From NCBI GenBank assembly GCA_004764695.1, contig SMSO01000025.1:3410001-3474000 (forward strand): a stretch of DNA of 64,000 bases. Direction: 5' to 3'. This DNA comes from Schizochytrium sp. TIO01 (Eukaryota > Protista > Bigyra: Labyrinthulomycetes). Below the pieces are notes generated by a model. The model saw only the letters and a program-made list of their open reading frames with translations. It was not told where the DNA came from and did no database searches. Position 1 is the first letter of the stretch, and every line of letters starts with the position of its first letter. Shown here one piece after another: positions 33,987 to 46,100 of this stretch. A program made the position numbers and the translations under genes.

Positions 33987-34628
33987 TCAAAGGGGATAGA
34001 ATTCAATTTTTAAATCGAGATCGCTAAGGTCTTGTTTGGGAGCACTATCTGCCATGAGGGCATACAAAGAGGTATACTCACTGCATCCAGCTGCAATCAT
34101 CTCTTCAGTTGCATCTTCGAACCAACGGTGCTCGCTCTCCTTTACGAAGCCTGCCTTTTCAATAACTTTCTGACTGCCAACGTTGGCATTGTTATGGCAG
34201 CAGAGCACTCGCTTGAAATGAAAGACCTCCCAACAAAGGTAAAGCATAATTTTTGTACTCACAGTCGCAAGACCCTTTTTGCTTTCTTGGGATCGCACCC
34301 AATATCCCACTTCAACAACATGCTTACCCCACGCTCTGTGCATGAGCGCCACCGACCCAATGAACCGGCCTGCCCGAAACAAGTGGAACATATAATCTCC
34401 TTCATCGTCAAAGTACGCCTTAAACGCTGCAGCGAGTCGGCCATACTGTGCAGCAGGCGTCGCATTTTCTTCTGATGCCCAGCACATGAAGGGAGCCATA
34501 TCCGGCAAGCTTTCCTTCAACGCCTCACACATTTCAGGCGCATGGTCCGGTGAAGCGGGTACGAAGAAGTAATCCTCACCACAGTACTGGAAAGTAATCT
34601 TCCGCGGGATCTTTGTTTTCAAAGTCAT
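33987..34628 (-). CDS. GNAT acetyltransferase, RimJ/RimL (Acetyltransf_3) family
   Basis: ESLPDMAPFMCWA, FIGSVAL, VEVGYWVRSQESKKGLAT, NVGSQKVIEKAGF. Confidence 0.88.
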   Translation of the reverse strand: MTLKTKIPRKITFQYCGEDYFFVPASPDHAPEMCEALKESLPDMAPFMCWASEENATPAAQYGRLAAAFKAYFDDEGDYMFHLFRAGRFIGSVALMHRAWGKHVVEVGYWVRSQESKKGLATVSTKIMLYLCWEVFHFKRVLCCHNNANVGSQKVIEKAGFVKESEHRWFEDATEEMIAAGCSEYTSLYALMADSAPKQDLSDLDLKIEFYPL

Positions 34629-34809
34629 TTCTAGACCTCAGTATGTGCTGCACTACCTTATTCTCTTTGCTTTATCTCTTACCCCTCTCCTATTCTATTG
34701 TCTTTCGCATCCCCTCGATTCTTTGGAGAAAGGTGCTGCCTACGTTTCAGGTTTGTTCATGGCTGTGACTATGAAGTAAGCAGAAAAAATTGTACTACAA
34801 TAATGTTCG

Positions 34810-34918
34810 CTATTTCCCACATGGGTACTAGCAAGGACCTATATGAAACCTAATAAGTACTCCCTATTTCCCACATGGGTACTAGCAAGGACCTATATAA
34901 AACCTAATAAGTACTCCC
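34810..34918. repeat. 54-bp tandem duplication upstream of the GNAT gene
   Basis: CTATTTCCCACATGGGTACTAGCAAGGACCTATAT[G/A]AAACCTAATAAGTACTCC at 34810 and 34864, one mismatch. Confidence 0.93.
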
Positions 34919-36276
34919 GGAACTCCTCGCGGAACGGAGATGGCACCATATGAGAAGACCCATTTGGGGAAACGTTCTTGGAAATGCATGAGGTGGCTGA
35001 ACCGGGCTCGTGTTCTACAGCTGAACTGTCTGCACGCTGTAGTTAGTCACAAACTATGGATTAGAGTCCTTTCTGCCGATATCAAGAGAGTGCCATACAT
35101 GCTCCAACTTTTACTTTGGTTGATATGGAGCATTCCTAGATTGTTCTCTGTACTGGTTCTACAACGAATTTGGAGGAGGAAGGACCAAGGAAAATACAAC
35201 ACGGTGACAATCCTCTTTCCAAGTTTCTGAATAATAAAGTTTGGCCAATATAAGTGATCCGCCTGTAGTATAATTTGAAAGCATACTCTTAACTGGGGTT
35301 ATATATTTACTTTGGGTTCACTCATTTAGAAAAAAACGATTCAAAGTGTACATGTCTTTTCCTGCAGCCCCGTACTTCACAGCCTCCACTCTTGCATTGT
35401 TTTCTCTTTACAAGCTCTTACAGTCAATAATTTGTCCAAGCTAATTGTATTCCTGTAAGAATAACGTTTGTAGCCTGCTTTGCAGAAAAAGGTACGGAAT
35501 GAATCTGATGATCCCCTTTATAATTAAAAACACTCGACCATCCATAAACCAACTCCGGAAATTCAAATAACGCATCCTTGGCCACTGCAACTTAATACAC
35601 GACTTTGACGTTGATTCTCTTACGAGATAGTAGACTACACATCGAATTAACGCAGTCTAACATTGGAGGATGAGCATTTTCTGCAAATTACGTTTGATCA
35701 GCTAGAAATTGAATGGCAAGGCGAACTTCAAACACTGAAAGGACTTGAAGACTTCGGAAAGGGTCTTATTTTAATGCTATTAGAATTAGCAATCTGCTGG
35801 CCCCGAAGATGAATAGAAAGTGGACTATTGAAGTAATTCAAATAATATGTTTGTTGATATCAACAGGCAAACACAAATGCGGATAGGACAAAGTAAGAGC
35901 CCTTAGGAATCATGTTTGGGATTCAAGGACACTAGGGCACGCTCAGAAACCTACATACGCATTTTAACTGATGAAGATTAAACTAGAAGCATGTTCGACA
36001 CGATTGCAATGCGTGGGGATCTATATATAGAATCACAACCTTGCATGTCGTCTTTATGAGATGGCTAAGTTCATAATATATTGTACACGCTAGTCAATGA
36101 TGTTTAGCTTTTGCGTGAGATTGCAAAACAGGCCGAGCCCTAACTCAAAAAGATGAACCATCTTCTTGAGCTCATACGACGCTTATTCTAGTTGTTCTCA
36201 GTGAACACCTCAAGCATAACAAGTCTCAGCATTCAAGAGTGTTCTAGTCGGTACGCGAAGATATATTTCACCTGCA

Positions 36277-37424
36277 TCATACATGATAGAAACTATGCCA
36301 ACTCATTGTCTCAACCATCGATGAAGATTCTAACCATAAACGTTTTTGAACATATAGTATACTTGAGCCCCACGGCTTTGCAAACACCTGTCTGATTGTC
36401 CAGCCTTGTTCCTTTACGAGTTCTGAGGCTTTGTTTCTCAGAATTGTGAACCAAGGAAGTTGAGAATATTCTCGCCCCCAATTCTTTGACTGTAAATTCC
36501 AGCTATGGTTGAATCTTTTGTCAGGTGAGTAAACCATGAACACATTCGGGCTAGCATGTCATCTATTTATTTGATCCGAATAGACCATGTCTATAGGCTG
36601 AATCAAAAGCATGAACCTATTACTCTTTCAAAGAAGACTGAGTTGAAGTTCCGAGAAAATGACAGGACAATAATTGCAAACAGGAAACCTAGCAACATTA
36701 ATACCGCCGAACAAAAGAATTGACTGTTCCATAAACGCTTCGTAAATTATCTGTGAGGGTTCATCACCTTGGCTCTTCTACGAATAAATATGAACTAAAC
36801 AGATGTAAAGAAAATTGCAGAACATGTTTTATTCCATTACTATATGCAATAAATGTCCTGTTTCTGTGACCATCAAGACTTCACAAGTTTGACTTCTGAC
36901 CTATTTTAAATATGGTCCGAAAGACCCCGTCTTCCAACCACTACCTGCTTTATGATTGCTTCTGTCTCTGGCACTTGGATCAACTGAGCACATTCTCTGG
37001 ACAAGTTGCTGATTGTGATGTTTGTTACGAATATTCTATCAACGCCTAGCTCATTCGTGCTCTAAAGGTAAATAACAATTCCTCTGTACTAATATATTTC
37101 CTGCTAGACACAACAAATGTATATGTATATATATTTCACTTATGAACAAACGCATGGCCAGTCACAAGGATTTGGAAAAAAAAGAATGTTCTTCAGGATG
37201 AGAAATAGAATCTTTCTTGAGAAACAAGAAACTTGAATATTCAACATATTGCTTGGTTGAGCTATCCTAAGAACAGTTTGCACCATGGAATGTTTCATCT
37301 GCCCATATTTAGACTCGGTGCTCACGCTGTAGCAGAAAACTCCTGAAAAGGGTGAGAGATCAGTAAATATATACTCCTTATTCTCCATTACTTTCCTTGT
37401 GTGGTACATTTGTTGCGAATGCAT
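36277..37424 (-). pseudogene. Possible decayed gene with fibronectin-III-like fragments
   Basis: KEYIFTDLSPFSGVFCYSVSTESKYG and LLFTFRA/NELGV resemble FN3 strands E-G; many stops and frameshifts. Confidence 0.3.
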
Positions 37425-37706
37425 GCATGGAACGCAGCTTCGCCTGCGTTTAGAAGAAGCTGGGACTCATCACAAAATGGCTCAGTAGTGTTTTGCAAGA
37501 ATCGAAAAGAAATAAAAAAGGTTCAATGAAAATAGGTACACAGGATTTAATGATTTACGTATTACACAACAGAAGACAAGGAGCCATAGATATATTGAAT
37601 GTGCTCAATACTTGTCATCGGGGATAGGATATTTGTGGGGGGCAAGCACCTGCTCATTTTGGTTTATCAGACGAGAGGGTGCTCAATCAGAGGGTTTCAA
37701 ATAAAT

Positions 37707-38447
37707 TCACAGCAGTTCAAATTGCCGACTTTGGTCGGCTGTAAACATGATTCTCCGGCGCGGGCTCGGGCTGGGGCTAGATGTAACAGAGCTCGAGGAG
37801 GATGGAGGTCGTGTGACGGTATTAGCCTGGCGGAACCAGCGAGCACGAATCTCGTTGGGTGTGTCCGAGCGGTTGCGCGGCGTAGGAGGGTGGGGCACAA
37901 GACCATTGGCTGGGCGCAAACTCGGTGAGGTAATTGACGAGTCTGAGTACTTACGGCGAGGAGAAACAATAAACTCATCGACACTGTCGCCGAGGCTGCT
38001 GTTAGGCTGCTGCAGGCGCTCAAACTCATTGCAAAAGGTTTTGGCAAGCTGGTATACCTCTGTAAGATCTGCTGCTGCTGCTGCTGCTGTTGGTGATGAA
38101 CTCGCAGCAATGCGCTGGGCTCTTGGAGTTGGGTTTTTGCATGAGAAGGATTCCTCCTGGTACTGCTGAACGGACTGGAGGGATTTTGTGCGAGACGAGA
38201 GTGATGATGTGGAGGAGATTGAGCCGAGATACAATGGGCTGCAAGCACTCTGAGGTTCCACAGGTTTGGCTTCCTCTGCTGAAGGTTGTGCAGGGTCAAG
38301 TGCCTCAATAGTGAGGTTGCTCACTTCCTGGAGAGTCCTCCGCTTGCAGCGCAGGGCTCTGCGAGACACCGACTTTTCCTCCATCGTGGGTGCGGCGCTG
38401 TTTGCCCTGCGTCTGGAGTTGACACTGAAGCCTGTGTAAACTGTCAT
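37707..38447 (-). CDS. Hypothetical Ser/Pro/Arg-rich disordered protein (246 aa)
   Basis: ATG preceded by a CAA-rich leader; SP/TP-rich composition; no family recognised. Confidence 0.55.
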   Translation of the reverse strand: MTVYTGFSVNSRRRANSAAPTMEEKSVSRRALRCKRRTLQEVSNLTIEALDPAQPSAEEAKPVEPQSACSPLYLGSISSTSSLSSRTKSLQSVQQYQEESFSCKNPTPRAQRIAASSSPTAAAAAADLTEVYQLAKTFCNEFERLQQPNSSLGDSVDEFIVSPRRKYSDSSITSPSLRPANGLVPHPPTPRNRSDTPNEIRARWFRQANTVTRPPSSSSSVTSSPSPSPRRRIMFTADQSRQFELL

Positions 38448-40327
38448 GTTGTTATTGTTGTTGTTGCTGCTGCTGCCAACTTCTCTCTGTTCGTAGAATT
38501 GGTGCTGTTGCTCTTCAAGTTTAGGTTCTGCTTCTCGCTCGCTTGCTTGCTTGGCAAGGCAAGTCGATCAACCAAAGCAGGCACAACGGTGTCTAGCTTG
38601 CTTGTGCACTGCTAAAGCTAGGTACCTAGCTAGTAGTAGTAGTCGCAAGCAATTTGCTATCGTGTGTACGCTCAACAAGACCTTCCTACAAGGTACCAAG
38701 CAAATGCCTTGTGGTGGTGGTGCTCTGCTGTTGCTGTTGTTGGTGTTTTGGGTTTGCTTTCCTCAGCGCCCAGGTTCCTCTTTCTTTCTCTTTCCTTTCC
38801 TTTCTTCTCTCTACTCTTTCCTATTATAGTAGATATAGACTGCACAATTTCTTTTCTTTCTCTCATATCATTTCTATTTCTCCATTGAACATATATGTAA
38901 AAGAAGCGTATTCTTTTCTCTTGTGAGTGACGGGTCTTTCGGCGTTTATGTTTTCCTTTACGCTCGCGCGTGCAGACACAAAGAAAGAAGACTAAAACAA
39001 AACTTTCTGGTTTAAAGCTCTTTATTCACTTTTTATATCAAAAGTTTTTCCGAGTCATGAGACAGGAGGAAACTTTTAATTCAAAAGGATCTTTCTTGGA
39101 AAACAAACATAATACTTTAATCAGTCATTAAAGAGACAATAGTCATTAAAGAGAAAAGGAAATAAATAAAGAAAGAAAGGCTGAAAGAAAGAAAGACAGG
39201 CTGTTTGTGTCTAGTTAGACCTGGGGCTTCATATCCTCTGTTACTTTACTGCCGCGAAAACAGGAAGAGGCGAGGAGAAGGAAGGAAGGAAGGAAACAAA
39301 GAAAAAAAGAAAGAAGAGCCCATCGAGAATGAGTAGCCAGAATATGGTAAGCTCCTACCTATCGCTGTCTTCCAGGACGCGGGTCGTTAACTAACTAGTT
39401 GGCTCGTGAGCTCGCTAGAGCGTGGTGGCCGTCTGTTATGAGCTAGCCAGCTTCACTCCTGCTTGCTCGCTTGCTTTCTAGTACGGAGGGAGGAAGAAAT
39501 GGTAGCTGGCCTAGCGAAGCTTGCTTGTTTCTAAATAAATTATAGATCGAATGATTCAACGATTCAACGAGCGATGGCTATTTAAAAAATAAATTATAAA
39601 AATAAATAAAAAGGGAGCGAAAGAAAGAACTGAAAGACCCGCTAGATAATCAAGTACGCAAACGGTGTCTTTCTTTCTGTTTCTTTCACCCCTTTTCTTT
39701 CTCATGCTATTTTTTTTGTGGGAAGGTTGGTACCCATGTCTTGTTAATAGTCGTTTGATTTCTTCCGCCATCATTGCAAGCTTAGTTAAAAGTTAAAACC
39801 AACTTCTATTGCTCTCTATTCTATTTCCATAAAATACGCCCAGATCCCAGCTAAAGTAAAGAATTGGCAAGGTCCAACAACAGAATAGAAACATGAGCTC
39901 CTTCTGCTGTCGCTTGCTAGAGAGTATCACAATAACAGTCAGTACGCAGTAGAAAGCATAGAAAGCACTCCGTTTCTTCTCTCCATACCTTGAGATGGAT
40001 GGTATGAGTCATCATTGGTGTCAAATGAATGAATGAGATTGACTGCAGTGACTGCCGATTGAAGCGTGGGAAGAAGAGGCGGGAGGAGGGCGGATGTGTG
40101 TCTTTCGCTTCTTTCAGGTTACCTGCATTGGCTTCAAACCGCTTCGCAGCCGCGCCTCTTCCTCCTCCTCCCTCCTTCCCTCTGGACTTGCACAAGCAAG
40201 CAAGCAAGCAAGCAAGTGCCACTCATCAGCCAGCTAGCTGCTGCTCAGCTCCTTCGATTTCACCGCTGCGGTCCCTCCTCTTCTTCTTCTTCGAGCGCTC
40301 TGCCTCTTCTTTGCCTCTGCACAAACA

Positions 40328-40334
<7 letters not shown>

Positions 40335-40378
<44 letters not shown>

Positions 40379-40395
40379 AGGAAAGAAAGAAAGAA
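40335..40395. repeat. (GAAA)n microsatellite
   Basis: Seen directly. Confidence 0.9.
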
Positions 40396-40504
40396 GGAAA
40401 GCTGTCCACTGATTGTATTTACGCGTGAGAGGAAACGGAGCACAACTGTTTCTTTGGAGCCACTCTCACGAGTGCAAGTGGGTGCGTGTTTTGGGTGATC
40501 GAGT

Positions 40505-40700
40505 GTTCGTTCGTTCGTTTGTATATTTGTTTGTTTGTTTGTTTGTTTGTTCGTTCGTTCGTTTGTATATTTGTTTGTTTGTTTGTTTGTTTGTTCGTTC
40601 GTTCGTTTGTATATTTGTTTGTTTGTTTGTTTGTTTGTTTGTTTGTGTATTTATCTATTTATCTATCTATTCATTTTTTGACTGATTGATTGATTGATTT
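40505..40700. repeat. Compound (TTCG)/(TTTG)/(TCTA)/(GATT) microsatellite with 44-bp higher-order period
   Basis: GTATAT anchor recurs at 40521, 40565 and 40609. Confidence 0.9.
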
Positions 40701-43069
40701 GTGTGTATGGCCTTTTCTGGCTTGGAAGAGGATACCAACGTCTGGAAAGGTCACTCACTCACTCGCTCAGTCGATCTTAGATTCACCCCCGCGGACAGGA
40801 TCTCGGGTCCGCTCTGCACCAAGGTACGCACGCGGTCCCTCACCCGTTCCCTCTTTCGATGCGGTCGCAGGCCAGGTTCTCCTTCCTCACTTCACAGCAC
40901 TCAGTGCTTCGTTTGTTGATACACATGCAATGTTGTGCATGGTAGTATACATACATACATACATACTTATATATATATATACATACTGTGATGGTGTATG
41001 ATCGATGAGAGCAAACTTCGGATTCGAGCATAGGCTCCTTCAATTATTCACTTTGGCTGGCAAAGGCCGCAGTATAAGAGATACATTGTCTCTGAGCAGG
41101 CGGTTAAGGTGCATGGTTTGATTTAGTTGGTGTTGTGGTGATTGATGGCCGTGTGCAATGAGCGAAGTGGGCAAATCAGGCGCTTATGATGGGCATGCTT
41201 GTTCACAAATGATTTATCTAACGATGGACCTGGGGAGTAGATGGGCTCTTCCTTTCTATATCTACTTTAGGTTCTTCTTCTTTTATCTAGCTTCCACTTC
41301 CATTTTCCGAACTAAACGATTGTTTATCCACATCCTGGCGATTTAACTTTTAATTTGTTAAAAAAATAAATTTAAAAAAATACTATAATTTGTTTTCAGA
41401 GTTCTGTTAAAAATTGAACGAGCTGCGTTTTCAACTTTTGCAATCAAAGTTTTCCCGAGGCTCTGTTATTTTCTTTTAGAATAAAAAATAAATTTCAAAA
41501 CGTTAAAAAAGAAAACTAAAAACTAAAATTGTTCTTTTTTTAGTTCGATAGCTTCAAAAATAAATAGCATGGAGGTTTTCCCGAGATCAATGAAAATACA
41601 GAAACTGAAAAAGTCTTCTCGAAGACCACCACCAACAACTCAGAACGTTCCCTTCTCGCCTTTAGCCCTCTCCTTTCGGTTTTATCGTTTCCGTGCACTC
41701 CTGTCGCCTGCCAATTAATCAATCAACCGGCCAACCGGCCAATCGACATGAAGCGAGCAGAGCGGATCGGCACAACCAATTCCATGGGCTTCTTCGTCAA
41801 CTGTCTCCTGGCATTTCATATATTCAGAGCCGCCAGCTTTTGCTCGGCGGCTTCTTTCATTCGCGCTCTCTTCTTCTTCTTACGAAAAGCGCCTTCAAAT
41901 AAACATTTACTTACATTCCTTCTTTATGAGTTGACGAATTAATTAATTAATTAATTATTTGATTTTGTGTGATCTGCCTCCTACTTGGCTGGCTAGCTAA
42001 CTAACTAGGCGCGCTATCCCAGAGAGGCCTCTCTGTTCCCAGAGAAAGAAAGCCAAACTGAGAAACAAAGAGAGACATGCGAGCTGTTTCAAACGGAGCC
42101 GCGGCTCTCTCTGTCTGTTCCAGTGCCAGATATCGCCTTCGGGTCCTCCTCCTCCTTCTTCTTCTTCTTCTCTTGCTGCGCCTTGGTCCTGGAGAGAGGA
42201 GCTGAGCCAGCGAGCGAGCGTCCTCTTCTCTGCGGCTCTCTCATGGACTTTTCTTTTCGTCTTTCCTTTTCGTTCTTTCTTTTCCGGCGCAGCTGACTGA
42301 GCCGTTCTTTCTGCCCCTCTGTCCCTCTGTCCCTCTGTCTCTGTCTCTCTCTGTTTGGCTGACTAGTTTTATCCTCACAAGTTTAGAAAGAACTCCTCTC
42401 GAGTCTTGTTACTTGAAAATACAAAGAGATAGATAGATCCCTCTCCTCTGCATAAATAGAGTTGAAAAACAACCTGAAGAGATAGATAGATCAATCAATC
42501 AATCAGTCAGTCAATCAATCAATCAATCCACTCCCTCCCACTTAGCCAGTTGTTGGCCAGTGAGCGAACGTACGCGCTTGCTTAATATAGGCAGTCTGCA
42601 GCGTGAACAAGAGCACAGCCGCGGGGGCGCAGACTCCCTCTCGCTCGAAAAGGGGTTTTCTGGAAAGTTTACTTTACTTTACTCTCTTCAGTTCCATGGT
42701 TGCCGTCAAGAGCTGAGATGTCTAGTTCTCGTTCATGGCTACGATACCATTGCTCCGCTGGTTCTTCCTTTTACCCATTCATTCATTCATTCATTCATTC
42801 ATTCATTCATTGATTTAGAGCGTCGAGTTCAAGGAATGAACCCTCACCGCTGTCAAGCAGACAGAAGATATTTATTTATTTGATCTATCTTGGCCAGCCA
42901 GGCAGGAAACCGATGTCCGTTCTGCTGCTCGATAACAGTGCTGACGTGGTGCTTCAACTTGCTCGATCGAAATCCTCAAAGTCATCCATGAGTTTTCTGG
43001 GCAAACGATGCCTGTCTGATCTTGCGTCACTATATTGTACATGCTCGCTATTTGTTTAGTCTATTTGTT

Positions 43070-43185
43070 TATTTATTTGTTTGTTTGTTTGTTTGTTTGT
43101 TTGTTTGTTTGTTTGTTTGTTTGTTTGTTTGTTTAGTTTATGTATTTATTTGTTTAGTTTAGTGTTTTAGTTTGTTTGTTTGTTT
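43070..43185. repeat. (TTTG)n microsatellite
   Basis: Seen directly. Confidence 0.9.
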
Positions 43186-46100
43186 CTTTACTAGTCGAGG
43201 GATCGACGCCTGTTCCCGAGGGGCTGAGAAGCTGGCAGTTTCTGAGCCTTAGTTGAGGAACCAACCGCTTCTCCGCTGTTGCTGCGGCGCTGCAGATGCT
43301 GCTGTGGTTCTCCACGCCTCGCCTGTAGGCCTGCCACGCGAGCGTGCAAAGGTGGTCGAAGGCCGTTCGTTCGACGCCACTTTTGCTTGTTACTGCGTGT
43401 TGCTCTAGCCAGAGAGAGCATTTAACGGGGAATGATGATGTTGAACGATTAAAAAATAAGTAATAATGGAACTAACGCTGCTTTAAAGTTTTACCAAATG
43501 AGGGAAAGAAACTTACCTCTTCTTAGCCACAAACAAATAAAGTGAATTATACGCGTAAGCATCATTGTCCCTGTTGGCTTGAGTCGCTTATTCATTTATG
43601 GAAAGTCTTTGGACTCAGCACCTCTGCTTAGTGCATGCATGCATGTCATGTGTTTGGGCAGAAATAATAAGAGCAGGTGGAGCATTCCTTTCGAGTAGGT
43701 CGCCAAGTGCATACGGACTGCTATGTGGTTCTGATCACATGTCGCTGTCTGCTTGTAGTTCCGCATTTGATGCGCCAACATGGCGGATGACCCCCTCACT
43801 TCGCACTCCTTCTGAATAGGGTGCGCTTGTTGGTCTTCGTTCACATGGTAGCTATAGCTATAGATAGCTAGCCTATCCTATAGCCCACCAGTAGAATGCT
43901 GCATGATGGGTATCCTGAATGGCGATGCCGTTCCGTTGCTTGATGCTGCCCGAAACCTTCTCCAATTGTGCATACTTCGAAGCGCAGAGGAGTCATTAGT
44001 GAGCGGTTTTCTGGAGCTTGCTCGCTTACTCAATAACTTGCTTGCTTACTTGTTTGCTTGCTTGCTTGCTTGCTTGAAGATGATTGATTTAGATCGGCCT
44101 TGATTGATTGTTCTTTGATTGATTGTTTGTTTGATTCTTTCTATGTTTGCTTGTTGGCTTGTATGGTTCTCTAAGAGGAACCTTCTGTCTCCTTTTCAAG
44201 TTGGTGGCGCCTATGCACCTGTGAAAGACACCCTCCCTCAGTCTCTTCTCTTCTCTTCTCTTCCCTTCTCTTCTCGCAGCGGCTGTCTGTCTTTCAAGAA
44301 CAACTCAGGTTAGTGAGTGAATGATCGAACGATCGAAGGACAAACTCTCCTCCGTGCGAGCGGTGTTGTTCAACAGAATAGATCCTGCTTCTGAGAAGAA
44401 GAAGCTGCCCCATAGATACTATCTATACTCCCTGTGCTGACGAGCGGCTGAGATGGAAATGACGCCATGGAGAGGAGTTCTCACGAGCCGACTTCCAACA
44501 GGTTTGAAACCCTCCCAACTCCAAGACACAGCTCCGCTTTTGTCTTTCTCCTCGTGCGACTGACTGATTGATTTATTTATGCGCAGGTAGGCGGGTAGGA
44601 GGCACCTAGCTAGCCACTAGCGGCCGCCACTCTCATGTCGCGAGAAAGAAGGCCCCTCAAAACGGAAAGAAAGAAGAAGACCGGCGCTCCGAAAAGAATA
44701 GAAAGATTGAAAGACACCGCCCCAAAGGTCGTCCGCTCCTCCCAGAACCAGCTAGCAACTCATAGGGACAGCTTTATTCCCAATATTTCCTTTTCCAAGC
44801 TGACATTTTAGTTTTCTTTTCTCTGTGGGTCCACGCGGTCCGTCTACTTTGCGCTCCGAAAGAGCTTTGCGATGGGAACGACGACTGCCTAGGAGTGGCT
44901 AGTCAGTGGCTAGTCCCAGAGATCACACACTCACGGCAAGAGGAGAGAGAGAGAGAGAGAGAGAGCGAAGTAAGATCTGGAGCACCAAGATCTGCAACGA
45001 AGTCGAGGACTGACGGTGGCGCTCAAGAATGAATGAGGTCGCTGGGAGTTGCGTTTGCCAGGTGAGCGAGCCGCAAGAGAAACCAACCAGCAGGTATGCG
45101 CCATCGTCACCTCGATCGTCACCTACAGGTTTCCTCATGGACTTCATAATTCGTAATTCATCAAGTCCAACGATTAAACAAACGTCTTCGCAATTGCACT
45201 ACAGATGACCGGACCAGCTTGTTGTGGGAGCGCAGCACTTGCTTGCTGCTTCTCAGGTCTTACTTTCTTAGCCTTACCATGCAAAGAAAGACAAGAACCA
45301 GCAAGCGTCACAAGCTCTGTTGCAAGTTCCCGTGTAGCTTCTTCTATCAGGCGAGCGAGTTATTGTGTAGGCTCAGACAGACAGCAGACAGCAAGCATCA
45401 TGTGCTCTGCTGTTCTTTGCCCGTTCGACGGAAGTGCAGCGGCTGACCACCTCAGCACGCTTGCTGACAAGCGCCCATGCAAATAAATAAACGTGCTGCA
45501 CCATCGTCAGTGTAACGCCGGGATCTTGGCACTCCGTGAGACTCTCAAGCAGCAGTCCAGGCTGGTAGTTTCGCCGCTCCCGCTACTGCTACGGGCTTCT
45601 TCAAGTGGTCGGCGTGCGTTATGTACACCCAGAGCGAAGTCGTTGCCTCGGTCGAGTGGCAGGCGAGCCTCAGGTTAGAGCAGCCAAGTCTCAAGTCTCA
45701 GCCAAGCCAAAGCTTTGGTGCTCTTTCTCATGATATCGCTGACTCCTCTGACTATAGTAACTTACCGACCAACTAATTAACTAACTAACTGTCCATACGG
45801 TCGGTTTCCCGGCGGCAAAGGGGCCCTTTCTTTTGGAGGCTTCGCTGTTGCTTTCAATCTGCTTTCAATCGTAGAACGTGGAACTGCTCTCTCTCTCGCA
45901 ATGCAGATAGATAGAGATGACCCTCGCCGAACTACCTGGCCGTCATATCGAGGGTCTTCATAATTTGTCGAGTTTGCCGTGTCCATCGATGGTCCGAAGG
46001 GTCAGATCTATGGATCAATCGCGCAAACGTAGGACACCCTTAACGTCGTCAACGTGGGTGTATAGCTGGCCAGCAAGATTTTTATGACTGCCCACAACGC

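Noticed and set aside
34810-34918. Common origin of the two 54-bp repeats (17762-17999 and 34810-34918)
   Set aside because: Same period, but only weak AT-rich similarity; not enough to claim homology.
37697-38308. Alternative 203-aa and opposite-strand ORFs overlapping the 246-aa gene
   Set aside because: Non-ATG starts or less protein-like composition; treated as overlapping shadows.
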